This document shows, piece by piece, positions 1 through 12,602 of a stretch of 64,000 bases of DNA. Position numbers and translations under genes: made by a program. The first letter of the stretch is position 1. Every line of letters starts with the position of its first letter. This DNA is from Callorhinchus milii (lineage: Eukaryota): positions 60,018,001-60,082,000 of the forward strand of contig NW_024704742.1 in NCBI RefSeq assembly GCF_018977255.1, in the 5' to 3' direction. The notes under the pieces were generated by a model. That model searched no databases, was not told the DNA's origin, and saw nothing but the letters and a program-made list of their open reading frames with translations.

Positions 1-19
1 TTAACAGTGGAAATTCAAC

Positions 20-395
20 AATAACAACTTGCATTACACAGCATCCTTCACACTGGATAGCGTCCTGGAGCGCTTCACTTTGGCAGAGTGTGACCCCGAG
101 CCAGGGAGAGGGGGAGGTGGGGGGTGACCATGTGCACAATTAAAAAGGAAGGTCTTTAGGTGGGATTTGATGGAGGGGAGGGAAGGGACAAGGCAGATGG
201 ATTGAGAGAGAGTTCCAGAGTTTCGGGGCATAGTGGCTGAAGGCACGACCACCGATGGTAGAATGGAAGGGACGAGAGACAAACAGAAGGCTGGAGCCAG
301 CTGAGCTGAGGCAGCGGGTTGTGGGTTGGGGGGTAAGCAGGTCGTGGAGGTAGGGAGGTACCAAGGGCATGAAGGGATTTGAAAACGAGTGAAAT
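20..395 (-). mobile_element. L2-clade LINE, old 3' fragment
   Basis: Minus-strand translation gives 'STIGGRAFSHYAPKLWNSL...LKTFLF', the ORF2 C-terminus of L2-type LINEs. It is followed by the 3' tail (…gcgctccaggacgct…tgcaagttgttattgttg). Confidence 0.85.
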
Positions 396-565
396 GTTTC
401 ATTCCTCTGCTTTTGGGAGGTGGGAGAGTTATGCCAAGTTATATATGCATCAAAATGACAAGACATCCCAAAATGTACCTTAAATACAAGAGGAGACACA
501 GACAGGCTGTTCAGTGTCTGTTTCAAACTCTAGGCATGGCATTTAAGGGATTCTCACCCTTTATT

Positions 566-953
566 GGAGCGCAGTAGCATAATGGTTAGAGCACTCGCCT
601 TGGCAAGCAAAGGAACCTGGATTTGATTCCCGGACTGGGCGAAACCTTAGGCAAGTTTCCTTACTCCACACACACACACCTCTGTTTACCTAGCGGGAAG
701 TAGGAACCTGCTTGTTAGACAATTGGGGACCATTTTTACAGGGGTAATAATCCCTTCAAAACAATAATAATAATGTGGTCACTCAATGCATGGCTCGTTT
801 GTGGGACACTGCTGTGTGCAATTGGCCACCGCATATTGTCCACAAAATACACAGTCATTACATTTTACAGTATATTCTGTGAAGCGCTTTGAGACATTGC
901 GAAGATATGATAAGGTGCAATATCAAATGCAAGAAGTATTATTGTTATTATTA
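566..953 (+). mobile_element. tRNA-derived SINE, family A (young, full length, L2-like tail)
   Basis: Head GGAGCGCAGTAGCATAATGGTTAGAGCACTCGCC carries A/B-box-like motifs. The body 'gcaagtttccttactccac' is shared with about 10 copies in the window. The tail is 'gtgaagcgctttgagac…atcaaatgcaag(att)n'. Confidence 0.88.
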
Positions 954-957
954 TTTT

Positions 958-1196
958 ACCTGTGGAATTGGCTGTCAGGACCCTGGTAGAAAATCCATTC
1001 TATTTTCAGTAATATCATGGGATCTTTAACGTCCACCTGAAGAGGCAGACTGGACCTCAGTTTAACATCTCAGCCAAAAGACGCTACCTCCAACAACGTG
1101 ACATACCACTGTATTAGAGTGTCAGCCTCGACAATGTGAGACCAAATTCCCGAAGAAGACCCTCTACTCACAACCTTCTGACTCTGAAGCAAGAGC
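958..1196 (-). mobile_element. Deu-domain SINE fragment (family B, SacSINE1/AmnSINE1-like)
   Basis: The reverse complement contains 'gagatgttaaactgaggtccagtctgcctcttcaggtggacgttaaagatcccatg', matching the remembered Deu-domain core. The head piece 'gagtcagaaggttgtg' is also present. Confidence 0.75.
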
Positions 1197-1611
1197 TTGT
1201 TCATTAAGGACAAATTGTATTTCCTGAGATCCCTTGCAAAATTACAAAATACATGAAGTCTTCATGTATTTTGCTGGAGATTTGCTGGATAGATATTTGT
1301 TTAAAAATACACTTAATTTGAAAAGATTGTAATCCACATTGAGTGAAATGTAATACATCTTACATTTCATCCATTTGCGGAGTTGAAACACTGCTCCTCG
1401 AGTAATAATAATACATTATTATTAATAATACATTATTATTGCTAATAATTTATTCAAAATAAATTATTATTTAAAATATTATTAAGTGGTAATGTTCCTA
1501 GCACCTTGCTGGGAAAGAAGCTTCTTGTGATGTAAACTACATTTTCTGCAGGGAATCCACTTTCACCATATTGACTGCTTATCAATATGCAGTCCTATGC
1601 AGTCACCATAT

Positions 1612-2094
1612 GATCCTCATCCTCACCTACAAGGCCATTCACGGCCTTGCTCCCTCCTACCTCTCCAACCTACTATTCCCCTACCTACCTGCCCGTACCC
1701 TCCGTTCCTCTGGCTCTGGTCTGCTCCACGTCCCCCGCCCCAATCGCCCTACCATCGGTGGCCGGGCCTTCAGCCTCTCAGCCCCGAGGCTCTGGAACTC
1801 CATCCCCCAGTGCCTTCGCCTTGCTTCCTCCCTTTCCTCCTTCAAGGCCGGTCTCAAAACCTTTCTCTTTGACCGTGCCTTCAGCTCCCCTCTCGACTCT
1901 CTTCCCCCTCCTCGCTCCCTCCCTTCCCTCCCCTCACCCTGACCATTTCCCCCCTCCTTGCTCCCTCCCTTCCATCACCCTGACCATTTCCCCCCCCCCT
2001 GCTCGGGTCATGACCCAACTGTGCAGCGCCTTGGGACGTCCTCCTGACGTGAAAGGCGCTTTATAAATGGAATCTTGTTGTTGTTGTTGTTGTT
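1612..2094 (+). mobile_element. Young 5'-truncated L2-clade LINE with (TTG)n tail
   Basis: Encodes 'ILILTYKAIHGLAPSYL…GGRAFSLSAPRLWNSIP…FKAGLKTFLF'. It is highly similar to the copies at 12603-14058 and 27405-27913. Candidate TSD TTATCA lies at 1579-1584 and 2093-2098. Confidence 0.93.
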
Positions 2095-2345
2095 ATCAGG
2101 GGAGCTTTCGTCATCCCATTTAGCACATTTAGTTCAACTACACCATTTCTTCACACTGCGATTGTTTAATAATTGCATTTCAGCAGCAAAGAAGCAAGAC
2201 ATCAAAAGCTTTTTCTGTATGTTTGTGGGACCTTCCACTTTCTCCATGAACATGATTAAGGTGACCATCCATAGGGTCCCGACCCCAACATCAAGTTTTT
2301 GTGTGGCTTGTCCAGAAATTCCTAAAAATCTAAGCTTGACACCAA

Positions 2346-2458
2346 ATAATAATAATAATCCTTGCATTTGATATAGCACTTTTCATGTCTTCTCGACATC
2401 TTAAAGTGCTTCACAGAATAGACTATAAAGTGAATTGAATGTATATTTGTGGGCGAAA
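2346..2458 (-). mobile_element. SINE 3' tail fragment
   Basis: (AAT)n-ccttgcatttgatatagcac…gtgcttcacagaata is the reverse complement of the family A tail. Confidence 0.75.
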
Positions 2459-2954
2459 AAATGTCTTTTTTTACTCAAACCAAATCATCTTTGAATCTTT
2501 CATTCATTTTGTCTTATCATGTGGAGGTATTACTTATTAAAGTAATTAAAGTTTTAATATATTTTAATCATCAGTAGAGCAAATCTCAAATCCAAAGCCA
2601 AGGTCTCATCTCTGCACTCTTCCCATTATGCTCCCATCTAGTTCTGCACTTTGCTTTGCTTCTTGATGTTATAAATATACAAGTAAGCATTGTACAACAT
2701 GGGGCATTGGAAATCTCACTGAGAGTTTTACATGCATAATATTGAATTCAATCAATGTCCTTGTCTCATAAAACAAGTGGATTTGTTCCCTTCTTTTTAA
2801 AATGAGAGGGCAGTCTGTTCACTTACATCTACATTCAAATTCTGATACACCAACACACATAGACTGACACATCCCACACGTATCTAAACATACATATACA
2901 CCCATTCAACACAATATAAATTACATTTGATGCATACACACATTTACATATACT

Positions 2955-3265
<311 letters not shown>

Positions 3266-3904
3266 AATTACATACGCACCCACTGAAACATCTGCAGAGA
3301 TAACCAACCAGTCACCGGGTACTGATCTTGTGAGCATTTCCAGTTGTTGTTAATATGCTGCTGGAGTTGTGCAAAAGGCTAAGCAGTCAGCCCTGAAGGC
3401 CAAAAGATTAATGCACTTCCGATACACAACATGTCAACTGCGTTATATGTACACTGAATGGGGTTATAATAAGCTGCTACTGAACTCAGATACACACATC
3501 ATTCCTACCCACCTAAAGGGATTATATTCTGTAAACCTGAATGTCTCAGAGGTACATTATTTGCCATCTTAATTCGGGTGAAAGAAAACTTTTTGCTGAC
3601 TGCCACCTGCTAAATTCTGAAACACATTACATAGTGTTGGAACGCTATTCTCCAGAGAAGGGCAGGACAATCAAGTTCAATTCTTTCTGACGCAACATCC
3701 AAACGTATAGATTGTGCAATTGGACAGCGCCCTTATGTCACAGTGATCAGAACTATAGGCAGTACTCTATTTATGGTCTCAGAGCACGATACAGTGTCAG
3801 TAAAATCTCTGGGGATCTGAACTCAACTTATTTGGCAACATATCCAGTATCTTGTTATTTTCTTTATTGTTATATTTATCCTCATCTCCTTATATTTATA
3901 TATA

Positions 3905-4308
3905 CACCAGGAGGATGTCTCAAAGTGCATCATAGGATGCATGTAAAGTGGAGAGACATGTTTTGTTGGTGAACGCTGCAGCCAATTTGCACACAGAAAT
4001 GTCCCACAAAAGGCAATGAAGTGAATAGACAATTTTATTGGAGAATTGTTGGCCAGGACACCAAAAGAACCTTCTTTTCTTTTCAAATACTGTCATGTCT
4101 TTAATGAACAGGCAAATTTTAACACCTGAACAGGTAGGTGCGACTTGGTTCAAAGTTGCATCTGATGGACAGTACCTTGAACAATGCAGCACACCCTCAG
4201 GATTGGATTCGGGTGTCAACCTAGACTATATGAGATTTGAGTCCTGACATGGGCTTCACATAAACTTCTGACTCAGAGGCAAGAGTGCTACCAACCAAAT
4301 CAGACTGA
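3905..4308 (-). mobile_element. Deu-domain SINE (family B), near full length
   Basis: Contains the tail, the Deu core ('ggccaggacacc…cacctgaacagg…catctgatggacag') and the head 'ttctgactcagaggcaagagtgctaccaac'. Confidence 0.78.
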
Positions 4309-4314
4309 CAATTT

Positions 4315-5155
4315 TCCTCCTGCTGCATTGACTTTGTGCTTGTACTGCATGTTTTGTATGTTGTTTTCAAGAATATCCAGTTATCTTCAACTGGTTTGTC
4401 CTTGAATAATTTCTTCCAGTCGATGTCATTTAGTTCAGCCCTCATACCCCTCAAGTTTATCCGTCTAAAGTTGTTCAATAGAGTTTGGTTATGTGCTTTT
4501 GTTTTCTCCCAAGTCAAATTTAATGTTATTGAGCTGTGGCCAATGTCACCGAATGGATCAACTATTTCTATTCCCTACATAGAATCTGGGTCATTGACTA
4601 GAACTAAGTCAACAAGGGAACTGCCCCTTGTGGTCTTCCTTACACACTGAGTCAGGAAGCAGTAATTGACAAACTCATAATGCTTCCCAATGGGCAATGC
4701 CATTTTATATTGGGCTGTTTGAAATCCTTCATTGGACATACTTTCTTCTCAAACAAACTCCTATTATTGTCAAATCTGACAAGTCATTTTACTTTGGCCT
4801 GCTGGTCTGTAGAAAAAGTCCAATATTAGGCTGGCCCTTTTCTTGTTAATAATAATAATTATTATTATTGTTGTTTCTTGTTGTTTTCTTGTTGAGTTCA
4901 TGTAATCATAGGATTTCATACCAAGATAGCTCCTGCAAGGTTGATTCAATTACCTCAACCTTTCAAGTGTCCCTTATATGTAAAAAAACCTCCACCTTTC
5001 TATTCCCTTCAATCTATCTTGAATAATCTGTGCCCTTATAAGTTATATCCATCTCCATCATCCTGAGTTATCCATGTCTCTGTGATTCTTCATTGTATTT
5101 ATTGGTTACTACCATTTTAATTTGAATGCTTTGAGTATTGAATGCATTCAACAAT
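4315..5155 (-). mobile_element. Decayed CR1-clade LINE, APE endonuclease region
   Basis: Minus-strand motifs appear in the expected order for CR1 ORF2 endonuclease: 'AFNTQSIQIK', 'ITETWI', 'GLFYRP', 'MKDFKQPNIKW', 'FLTQCVRKTTRGSSLVDLVL', 'LNDIDWKKLF'. Stops and frameshifts are present. Confidence 0.85.
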
Positions 5156-6885
5156 TCTTGCTTTTGCACTTGATATTTAGTTTTACTATTTACCCTCTTA
5201 ATCATCCTGCCTTCCTGGTCTTGCAATCTGGAGCTGGTATTACCTGATCAACAAGAACAAAGTGTTTCTCCTGGTGTCCAGCACCTTGGAATGTCCACCC
5301 AATGCGAAAGGTGCTATACTAATGTAATTTTGTTGTTGTTGTGTCCTAGCCAATGCTCTCTAAGATAAAATTGGTCATTCACTTTACGGTTCTCTGTGAG
5401 ACATTGGTGTGTGCAAATTGAACAGCAAAATGAAAATTATGGTATTTCATAAAAACACACTTTTTTTCTGAAGAGCAGTCTCTACACTTTACAGTCAGTC
5501 GTGTGAAGCACTTTGAGATATCCTCCTGACAATAAGGGCTCTATGTCAAATGCAAGGACGATCAAATAGAAAGATGATAATAATGTTCAGTTCTATCCCT
5601 TGACAGGATCAATCCTTCCTGTCACATTATGTGATTTTGCTCTGAAAATTTTGCCATAACTCATGCTGGAATCCCTCATCATGCCATTAGATGCTGAAAA
5701 TTGCTGCCATCTTCAGAAGATTGTCATGGCAACCAATAGAAGGCCTTTGATCATTCATAGGTATGAAAATTACAGAACCATTATTTGCTATCAAAAGTGG
5801 TATTGTGACAGACTCATTCAGTATTATTTAAAATTGTTGGAAAGAAAAATAATATGATAAAATTTAACAGTGTCCTAGCAACTGATTCAATACAATACAA
5901 ATGAACATTCATACAGTGCCTCTCATATCAGGAGGATGTTCCAAAGCGCTTAAAACCCAGTTTGACAGTAGTCAATAGTCTCAAGCAAATAGTAGGACAA
6001 GAAGCTCCCCTGAGCACAAGAAGACCGCAAATAGTGTAACAGAAACCATCACACTTGGGGATTCATTGTTCTTTATAATTTATAGAAAAGCAGTTAAAAC
6101 AAAATGGCATGATTCAAAACTTACAACAGTTAAACATCACAAATTCCAATGGGTGTGCCGCCAATCATCTATCTCTAGATAGATTGTCTAAAATTGTCTA
6201 AAATCAGCAAATCTACTTCCATCATTGAAACAAATTCCAATCATGGCTTTTGCAAGGAAAATGTACAAATATTTGGAAAATATAAAAGGGGATGAGATAC
6301 AGTCAGGTTCACAAGCAAAAATTGCAGTCACGGGGTTGCTAACCTGCTTGAAACATTTTCACTTATTTTCACCAGTTTGTAACTCTCCACTTCAATGGCC
6401 TGCTCCAAAACTGACAGGCGCTGTGCGCATTCATCAGACAATATCTTTGAGTTAAACACATACCCTGCCACAGCTGGGAAAGGTTTTCTTCTGTATGCGC
6501 TATCTTGCTGCTGAAACCTAATTTTCCAAACATTGTGCATGTGTGTCAACTACCGGTAAATGGAATATGATTTTAATATCCCTGTCATAGAGATTGATAT
6601 AAAGTTACAATCTACACAGTCTTCCTGACAATACCAATGCTAAGCTTAATAACGTGAACACTTGCTTTGAGATGAACTTCTCAGTTGCTTTTACTTAGAT
6701 TTCCTTGAATGAACATTAGTTTAGGTTCCATTTAGCATATTAGAACGGCATTATGTTTGTCAGGCACATAGCTTGTTTGCCATGATTTATTCAAGAGACA
6801 GTGGACAAACTTTGGAAGCAAACCTCATTGTTCATCAGATTGTTGTAGATTATTTGGAAACAAATTGAATATTAGGGATTATCAG

Positions 6886-7224
6886 GGAGTTCTGTAACTC
6901 AGTGGTTAGAGCGAAATGTTGAGCAAGTTTCCTTACTCCACATGCCTTTGTTTACCAAGTAGTAAGTAGGAATCCAGTTGTTAGTAGATTGGCGGATCAC
7001 TTTTCTGGGGATAAAAATCCCTCAAGACAAAAAACCCACAATAATAATTTGGTCACTCAATCCACAACTGTTTGTCGGACACTGCTGTGCACAATTGATT
7101 TCCACATTTCGCCCACAAATATACAGTCAATTCACTTCACAGTATATTCTGTGAAGCACTTTGAGACATCCAGAAGATGTGAAAGCACTATACCAAGTGC
7201 AAGGATTATTATTATTATTATTAC
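6886..7224 (+). mobile_element. SINE family A with internal deletion in head
   Basis: 'ggagttctgtaactcagtggttagagc' is joined directly to 'gaaatgttgagcaagtttccttactcc'. The body and (ATT)n tail are normal. Confidence 0.85.
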
Positions 7225-7734
7225 TAATATGTGATGATTTAAATACTGATAGAACCCTTGTTTTCACCCAGATAACAACAATCTGCATGAATTTTGCACC
7301 CTTCACGTAGCTCAGTTCGATGACGAGCCAGGGAGAAAGGGGAAGATACGGTATAAAGGAAAACAAAGTACTTTATTATCATGAAACATTTTATTTTGCG
7401 TAACTTAATCTTTCAAATTTCTAAGACATCAAATGAAAATTGACCGGATGTGCATTTCTAGTCTCTCCTGAGGTTGGCAGAGGTATAAAGTGGTATGGCC
7501 AATGGACAGGGCATTGGCATCAAAACAAATGTGAACAACGAATAAAATGGTGGATTAGGCTTGATGGGCTGAATGGCTTCCTTCTGTTCTTGTTTTGCTA
7601 TATTTTCCTGACTTACAGAAAGAGAAAATGCACTAAATGTTACCCACATGGTTGATTCTTCTTTTTACATCTGAACATTATTATGGTTGATCTCTACAGA
7701 GCATCCATTTTATTATTTCTATGCACAGAAAGGG

Positions 7735-8530
7735 AATGAGAGAGAGTAGGGAACTACAAAACCATTAGCCTGACTTCAATAATTTGAAAACTGATGGATT
7801 CAATCATCATAAAGAAAATGGAAGTTTGTGTGTGTAAAGATAACCTAGTGAATAACAATCAACAGGGATTCAGTTTAGCAGATTGTATAAGACCAACTTC
7901 ATATAATTTATTTTAGGAGGTGCAAATTAACTGTGGGAAGCTAGATGACACAGTGCAGCTATAATTTTGACAAAGTACCACATGCGAGAATCCACAAACT
8001 GATATCATGGTATCAAGGGCGAGACAAGGACATAGAATTGAATTTGTTTGTAGCAAAACAAGCAGAAAACAGGGCAGCTGGGTCAAAGCGGGAGGAGGTA
8101 TTCAGTGGGGTGCCTCAGGGATGTGTACCGGAATCCTTCCTGTTCCTGCTGTTCTTCACTGAGTCCTGAGTACCATTCTGGTCGAAACAACATAATGAGG
8201 CTGTCAAAGCCTTAGAGGCAGTACATTGGAGAACAATGAGGATAACCCACAGAGTTAAGAGAAACGCTTCGATAAGCTCGGGCTCGTCAGCCTTGAAATT
8301 AGATATCTTGTAGGAGACCTTATAGAGGAATATAAGATTCTAAATGGGATTGCGACAGTAAACCCAAACAATATGCTCAGATGCACAACAACAGCAGCAG
8401 AACAAGAGGACAAAGGTTCACAGCTGCAAAGGAAATTTCAGTAAAGACACCAGATAGCATTTATTGACCAGATGAAAATTAATAACTGGATTAGGTGACC
8501 AGGAAAGATGACTGTGGCCAGGACACTGGA
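7735..8530 (+). mobile_element. Decayed CR1-clade LINE, RT and C-terminal fragments
   Basis: Contains the RT motifs 'NYKTISLTSII', 'FDKVPH' and 'VFSGVPQGCVP', then CR1 C-terminal remnants ('GDLIEEYKIL', 'RTRGQ'). Confidence 0.8.
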
Positions 8531-8680
8531 TATATGTAATAATAATCATCTAATATTAATCCTTGCATTTGTTATGGTGCCTTTCACATCAGGAGCAGTG
8601 ACGGACTGTCTATACCAGAAATCAGGAAATTTCCTGAGCTCTCCCACTCTGGAGCACACCCATGATTGGCTCTGTAGCAT

Positions 8681-9014
8681 CCCTGTGATTGGCCCCAGAG
8701 GACCCCTGTGATTGGCCCCAGAGGACCCCTGTGATTGGCCCCAGAGGACCCCTGTGATTGGCCCCAGAGGACCCCTGTGATTGGCCCCAGAGAACCCCTG
8801 TGATTGGCCCCATAGGACCTCTGTGATTGGCCCCAGAGGACCTCTGTGATTGGCCCCAGAGGACCCCTGATTGGCCCCAGAGACCCCTGATTGGCCCCAG
8901 AGGACCCTGTGATTGGCCCCAGAGAACCCCTGTGATTGGCCCCAGAGGACCTCTGTGAGTAGCCCCAGATGACCCCTGATTGGCCCCAGAGGACCCCTGA
9001 TTGGCCCCAGAGGA
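8681..9014. repeat. 23-bp minisatellite (CCCTGTGATTGGCCCCAGAGGAC)n, about 15 units
   Basis: Directly visible head-to-tail units with small indel variants and no spacers. Confidence 0.97.
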
Positions 9015-10399
9015 AGCCTGTGTAAGTGTCCTTATTTATCAGCAGAATTCTGAGTCCTTTTGCAGAGTTAGTTCATTACTGGTCAGGAAGATATCACAAT
9101 GTGCTTCATAGGATTTACTGTAAAATGACATGGCTGTGTATTTGTAGGTGAACATGACAGCCTAATTTTGTACAACAAGTCATGCCATCAGCCATGAATA
9201 AGCTTGATGCTGTGATAGAAGGAGGGTTAGATGGGTATTCTGTAAGGATGAGAACAAATGGCCCGAAGGGTATTCTTCATCCGAACTAATCTTGTGATCT
9301 TATGACCAGCAATAAAATATGTCAAATATCATCAAAAACTGCTTCGGTAACTGAGCCATATTCTTGGGTAAAGATATGCATGTCAATTCTGAACAACTCG
9401 GCAAATTATGATATTGCAATGATTATTGAAGGAACAGTGTGCTTTAATTATTTTTACAGTTTGTTAAAATGTAAATGCCAGTGCCATAAATTACTTTTAA
9501 ACAAACCACAAGATTGATTCAGATGAGGAAGATTATTTCATCGATTGGATCTCATCTCTTCAGAACACCGATCCTTCTGCCACACCATCAAACTGTTTAT
9601 CCATCATGGCATCCAGTGTCGTAGCCTCAATCACCTTTCCTGGAAACCTGTTCCAGTCATTAATTACCCTCCTGGTAACGAAAAGCTTCCTGGTGTCTGT
9701 CTGGCCCTTTACAACTCTAAACGTGCGTCCCCTTCAAATATTTCTCTGCTGCACATTTAATCTCCTGTCACACAGTCTGAATGAGAGCAACGGATATGAT
9801 GGTGAGTTTATCATGCTTTTCACTGAGCTTAACAAACTGCAGGTGGCCAGCTACACATCACTGCCATCTATCCAGCTGGCTGACAGTTAAATAATGGTGC
9901 TGATGGAGTAATAGGAAAGGTTCTGCTCCAAATAGATTTTAAAAACTTTTCTAAATTGCATATAGTTTTTATTTGGCAGATGGTTGAACTGTTTCCCAAT
10001 CCAGCAGTTCACATTTATGATTTTACCGGAGTGGAAAACTTCATGTCAAATCACAGACAAGTATACACAAACTATTTTGCTTCCAGGTATCCTCTGGCTA
10101 TGCCTAACATTTTTAAAGTAGAAAATTGAGAACAAGCAGCAACTGAAAGCCATCAACAACAATGGCAATTTGCACATGTTTACATTGTTGCACTGAGCAC
10201 AATATAATAATCCTTGCATTTGCAATCAGGGGTCTCTGGGGCCAATCACAGAGGTCCTCTGGGGCCAATCACAGGGGTTCTCTTGCATTTGGTATAGCGC
10301 CTTTCACGTCTTCTACACGTCTCAAAGCATTTCATAAAATATACTGATGCATTATATTTACAATGTACACAAATGAAACTGTCTCAAAGCACTTTACAG

Positions 10400-10572
10400 A
10401 GATGGTGTAAAGAAAACGTAGAGTGAAGTGAAGAAAGTGTGGAATGGAGTAAAGAAAGTGTGGAGTGCAGTGAAATGAAACAGTGTGACGTGCAGTGAAG
10501 TGAAGATGGAGTGGAATGAAAAAGTTGTGCAGTGGAATAAAGTGAAGACAGTGTGGAGAGGCATAGAGTGAG
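10400..10572. repeat. Degenerate purine-rich tandem repeat (~22-bp unit, GTGGAGTGAAGTGAAGA-like)
   Basis: Recurrent 'gtggaatg/gagtgaagtgaaga' units. Confidence 0.6.
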
Positions 10573-10816
10573 GAAATTGCTGAGTTGAAGAAATGTCTTC
10601 CTAATTGAGGGAAACAACTAATTACACAAGAAAGTTCCCAGAATTAGAATTGTAATGTATACCACATGGAGATATGGGATATTGCAGCTGGACATAGTTG
10701 CTCATTAATTTCTAAATTAACTAATGTTCAATGTTAAACTTAAGAGCAGCAACAACTATTTCATCCAAGTGATGCATTTCTAATTCAATCCAATGGTTTT
10801 AATTGATCCTTCAATT

Positions 10817-11171
10817 TAATAATAATAACAATCCTTGAATTTGATATAGCAACTTATCACAACTTCTAAACATCTCAAAGCACTTCATAGAATATACTGT
10901 AAAGTGAGCGAAACTCAGCAGCCAATTGCACACAACAGTGTCCCACAAACAGTTGTGGATTGATTGACCAAATATATCTATATTTTTTTAAGGATTATTA
11001 TCCCCGGAAAAGTGATCCGCCATTCAACTAACAACCGGGTTCTTACTTACTGCTAGCTAAACAGAGGTGTGTGGAGTAAGGAAACTTGCCCAACATGTTG
11101 CCCTGCCGGGAATCAAACCCAGGTCTTTCGAATGCGAGGCGAGTGCTCTAATCACTGAGCTACAGGACTCC
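10817..11171 (-). mobile_element. SINE family A, full length
   Basis: Runs from the (AAT)n tail to the head 'gagtgctctaatcactgagctacaggactcc'. Confidence 0.9.
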
Positions 11172-11667
11172 ATTTAAAAACATATTTCTAAACTATTAGT
11201 CTCAATTTATTTTGGGTGAGGTGGTCATTGACACATCCAGCAATTCATTGCCATGCTTAAGATTAAGGTATATGAAAGATAGAGGCTTGAAGTTGTATGG
11301 GGATAGAATGAACACCTTGCTCTGAGAGACAGTGCAGAGTTAATTGACTAAATGTACTTAAATTTCTATGATTCTATGGTTTAAAAATACTATCCAAATA
11401 TAAATCTGCGAATATAATAAAAGGTCGGTCATTGGCTGAGCCAATAAAAAAGTGCAAATTTACAAATCTTGTGGAAAAATTGCATAGGGTTTAGCTGAAT
11501 TTCATGGGGAAAGTGTAGGAGTTGATTGGTGATATTGAGGTACATTTTACCGCTACATTTTTTCACTTTACTGATAAAAACTGAACATAAGGAAATAAAC
11601 ATATTAGATTGTTGCAAAAAGAAATGAATTGCTTCTTTGGGTCCCAAACTGGGCGGCCAACTGGATG

Positions 11668-12602
11668 GACACAGAGAGAGACATACTCAGACACAGGGAG
11701 ACACACACACTCACAGACACAGAGGGACACACACTCACAGACACAGAGAGACACACACTCACAGACACAGAGACACACACTCACAGACACAGAGAGATAC
11801 ATTCACAGACACAGAGAGAGACACACACTCACAGACACAGAGAGACTCACTCACAAACACGGAGACACACTCAAAGACACAGAGAGACACACACTCACAG
11901 ACACACAGAGACATACACTCACAGACACAGAGAGAGACACACTGACAGACACAGAGACACACTCTCAGACATAGAGAGACGCACATTCACAGACATAGAG
12001 AGACGAACACTCACAAACACAGATACACATACTCGCAGACATAGAGAGACACACACTCACAGACATAGAGAGAGACACACTCACAGACACAGAGAGACAC
12101 ACAAACTCACAGACACAGAGAGACATACACTCACAGACATAGAGAGAGACACACACCAGACACAGAGAGACACACACTCACAGAAACAGAGAGACACACA
12201 CTCACAGACACAGAGAGACACACACACCAGACACAGAGAGACACACACTCACAGATACAGAGAGACACACACTCACCGATACAGAGAGACACACACACCG
12301 ATACAGAGAGACACACACACACAGACATAGAGAGACACACAAACTCACAGACACAGAGAGACATACACTCACAGACATAGAGAGAGACACACTGACAGAT
12401 GCAGAGACACACTCACAGACATAGAGAGACGAACACTCACAAACACAGATACACATACTCACAGACATAGAGAGAGACACACTCACAGACAGAGAGAGAC
12501 ACACAAAATCACAGACAAAGAGAGACACACACTCACCGACACAGAGAGACACACTCACAGACGTAGAAAGATACACATTCACAGACACAGAGACACATAC
12601 TC
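11668..12602. repeat. CA/GA-rich ~24-bp minisatellite (ACACACACTCACAGACACAGAGAG)n, left part
   Basis: Directly visible. It explains the THTHRHRE and VCECVSL pseudo-ORFs. Confidence 0.97.

Noticed and set aside
8681..9014. CRISPR-like array of 23-bp repeats
   Set aside because: The units are head-to-tail with no unique spacers, there are no cas genes, and the context is vertebrate. It is a minisatellite.
11563..12588. Long His/Thr/Arg- and Cys/Val-rich ORFs (up to 233 aa)
   Set aside because: They are stop-poor translations of the CA/GA minisatellite.
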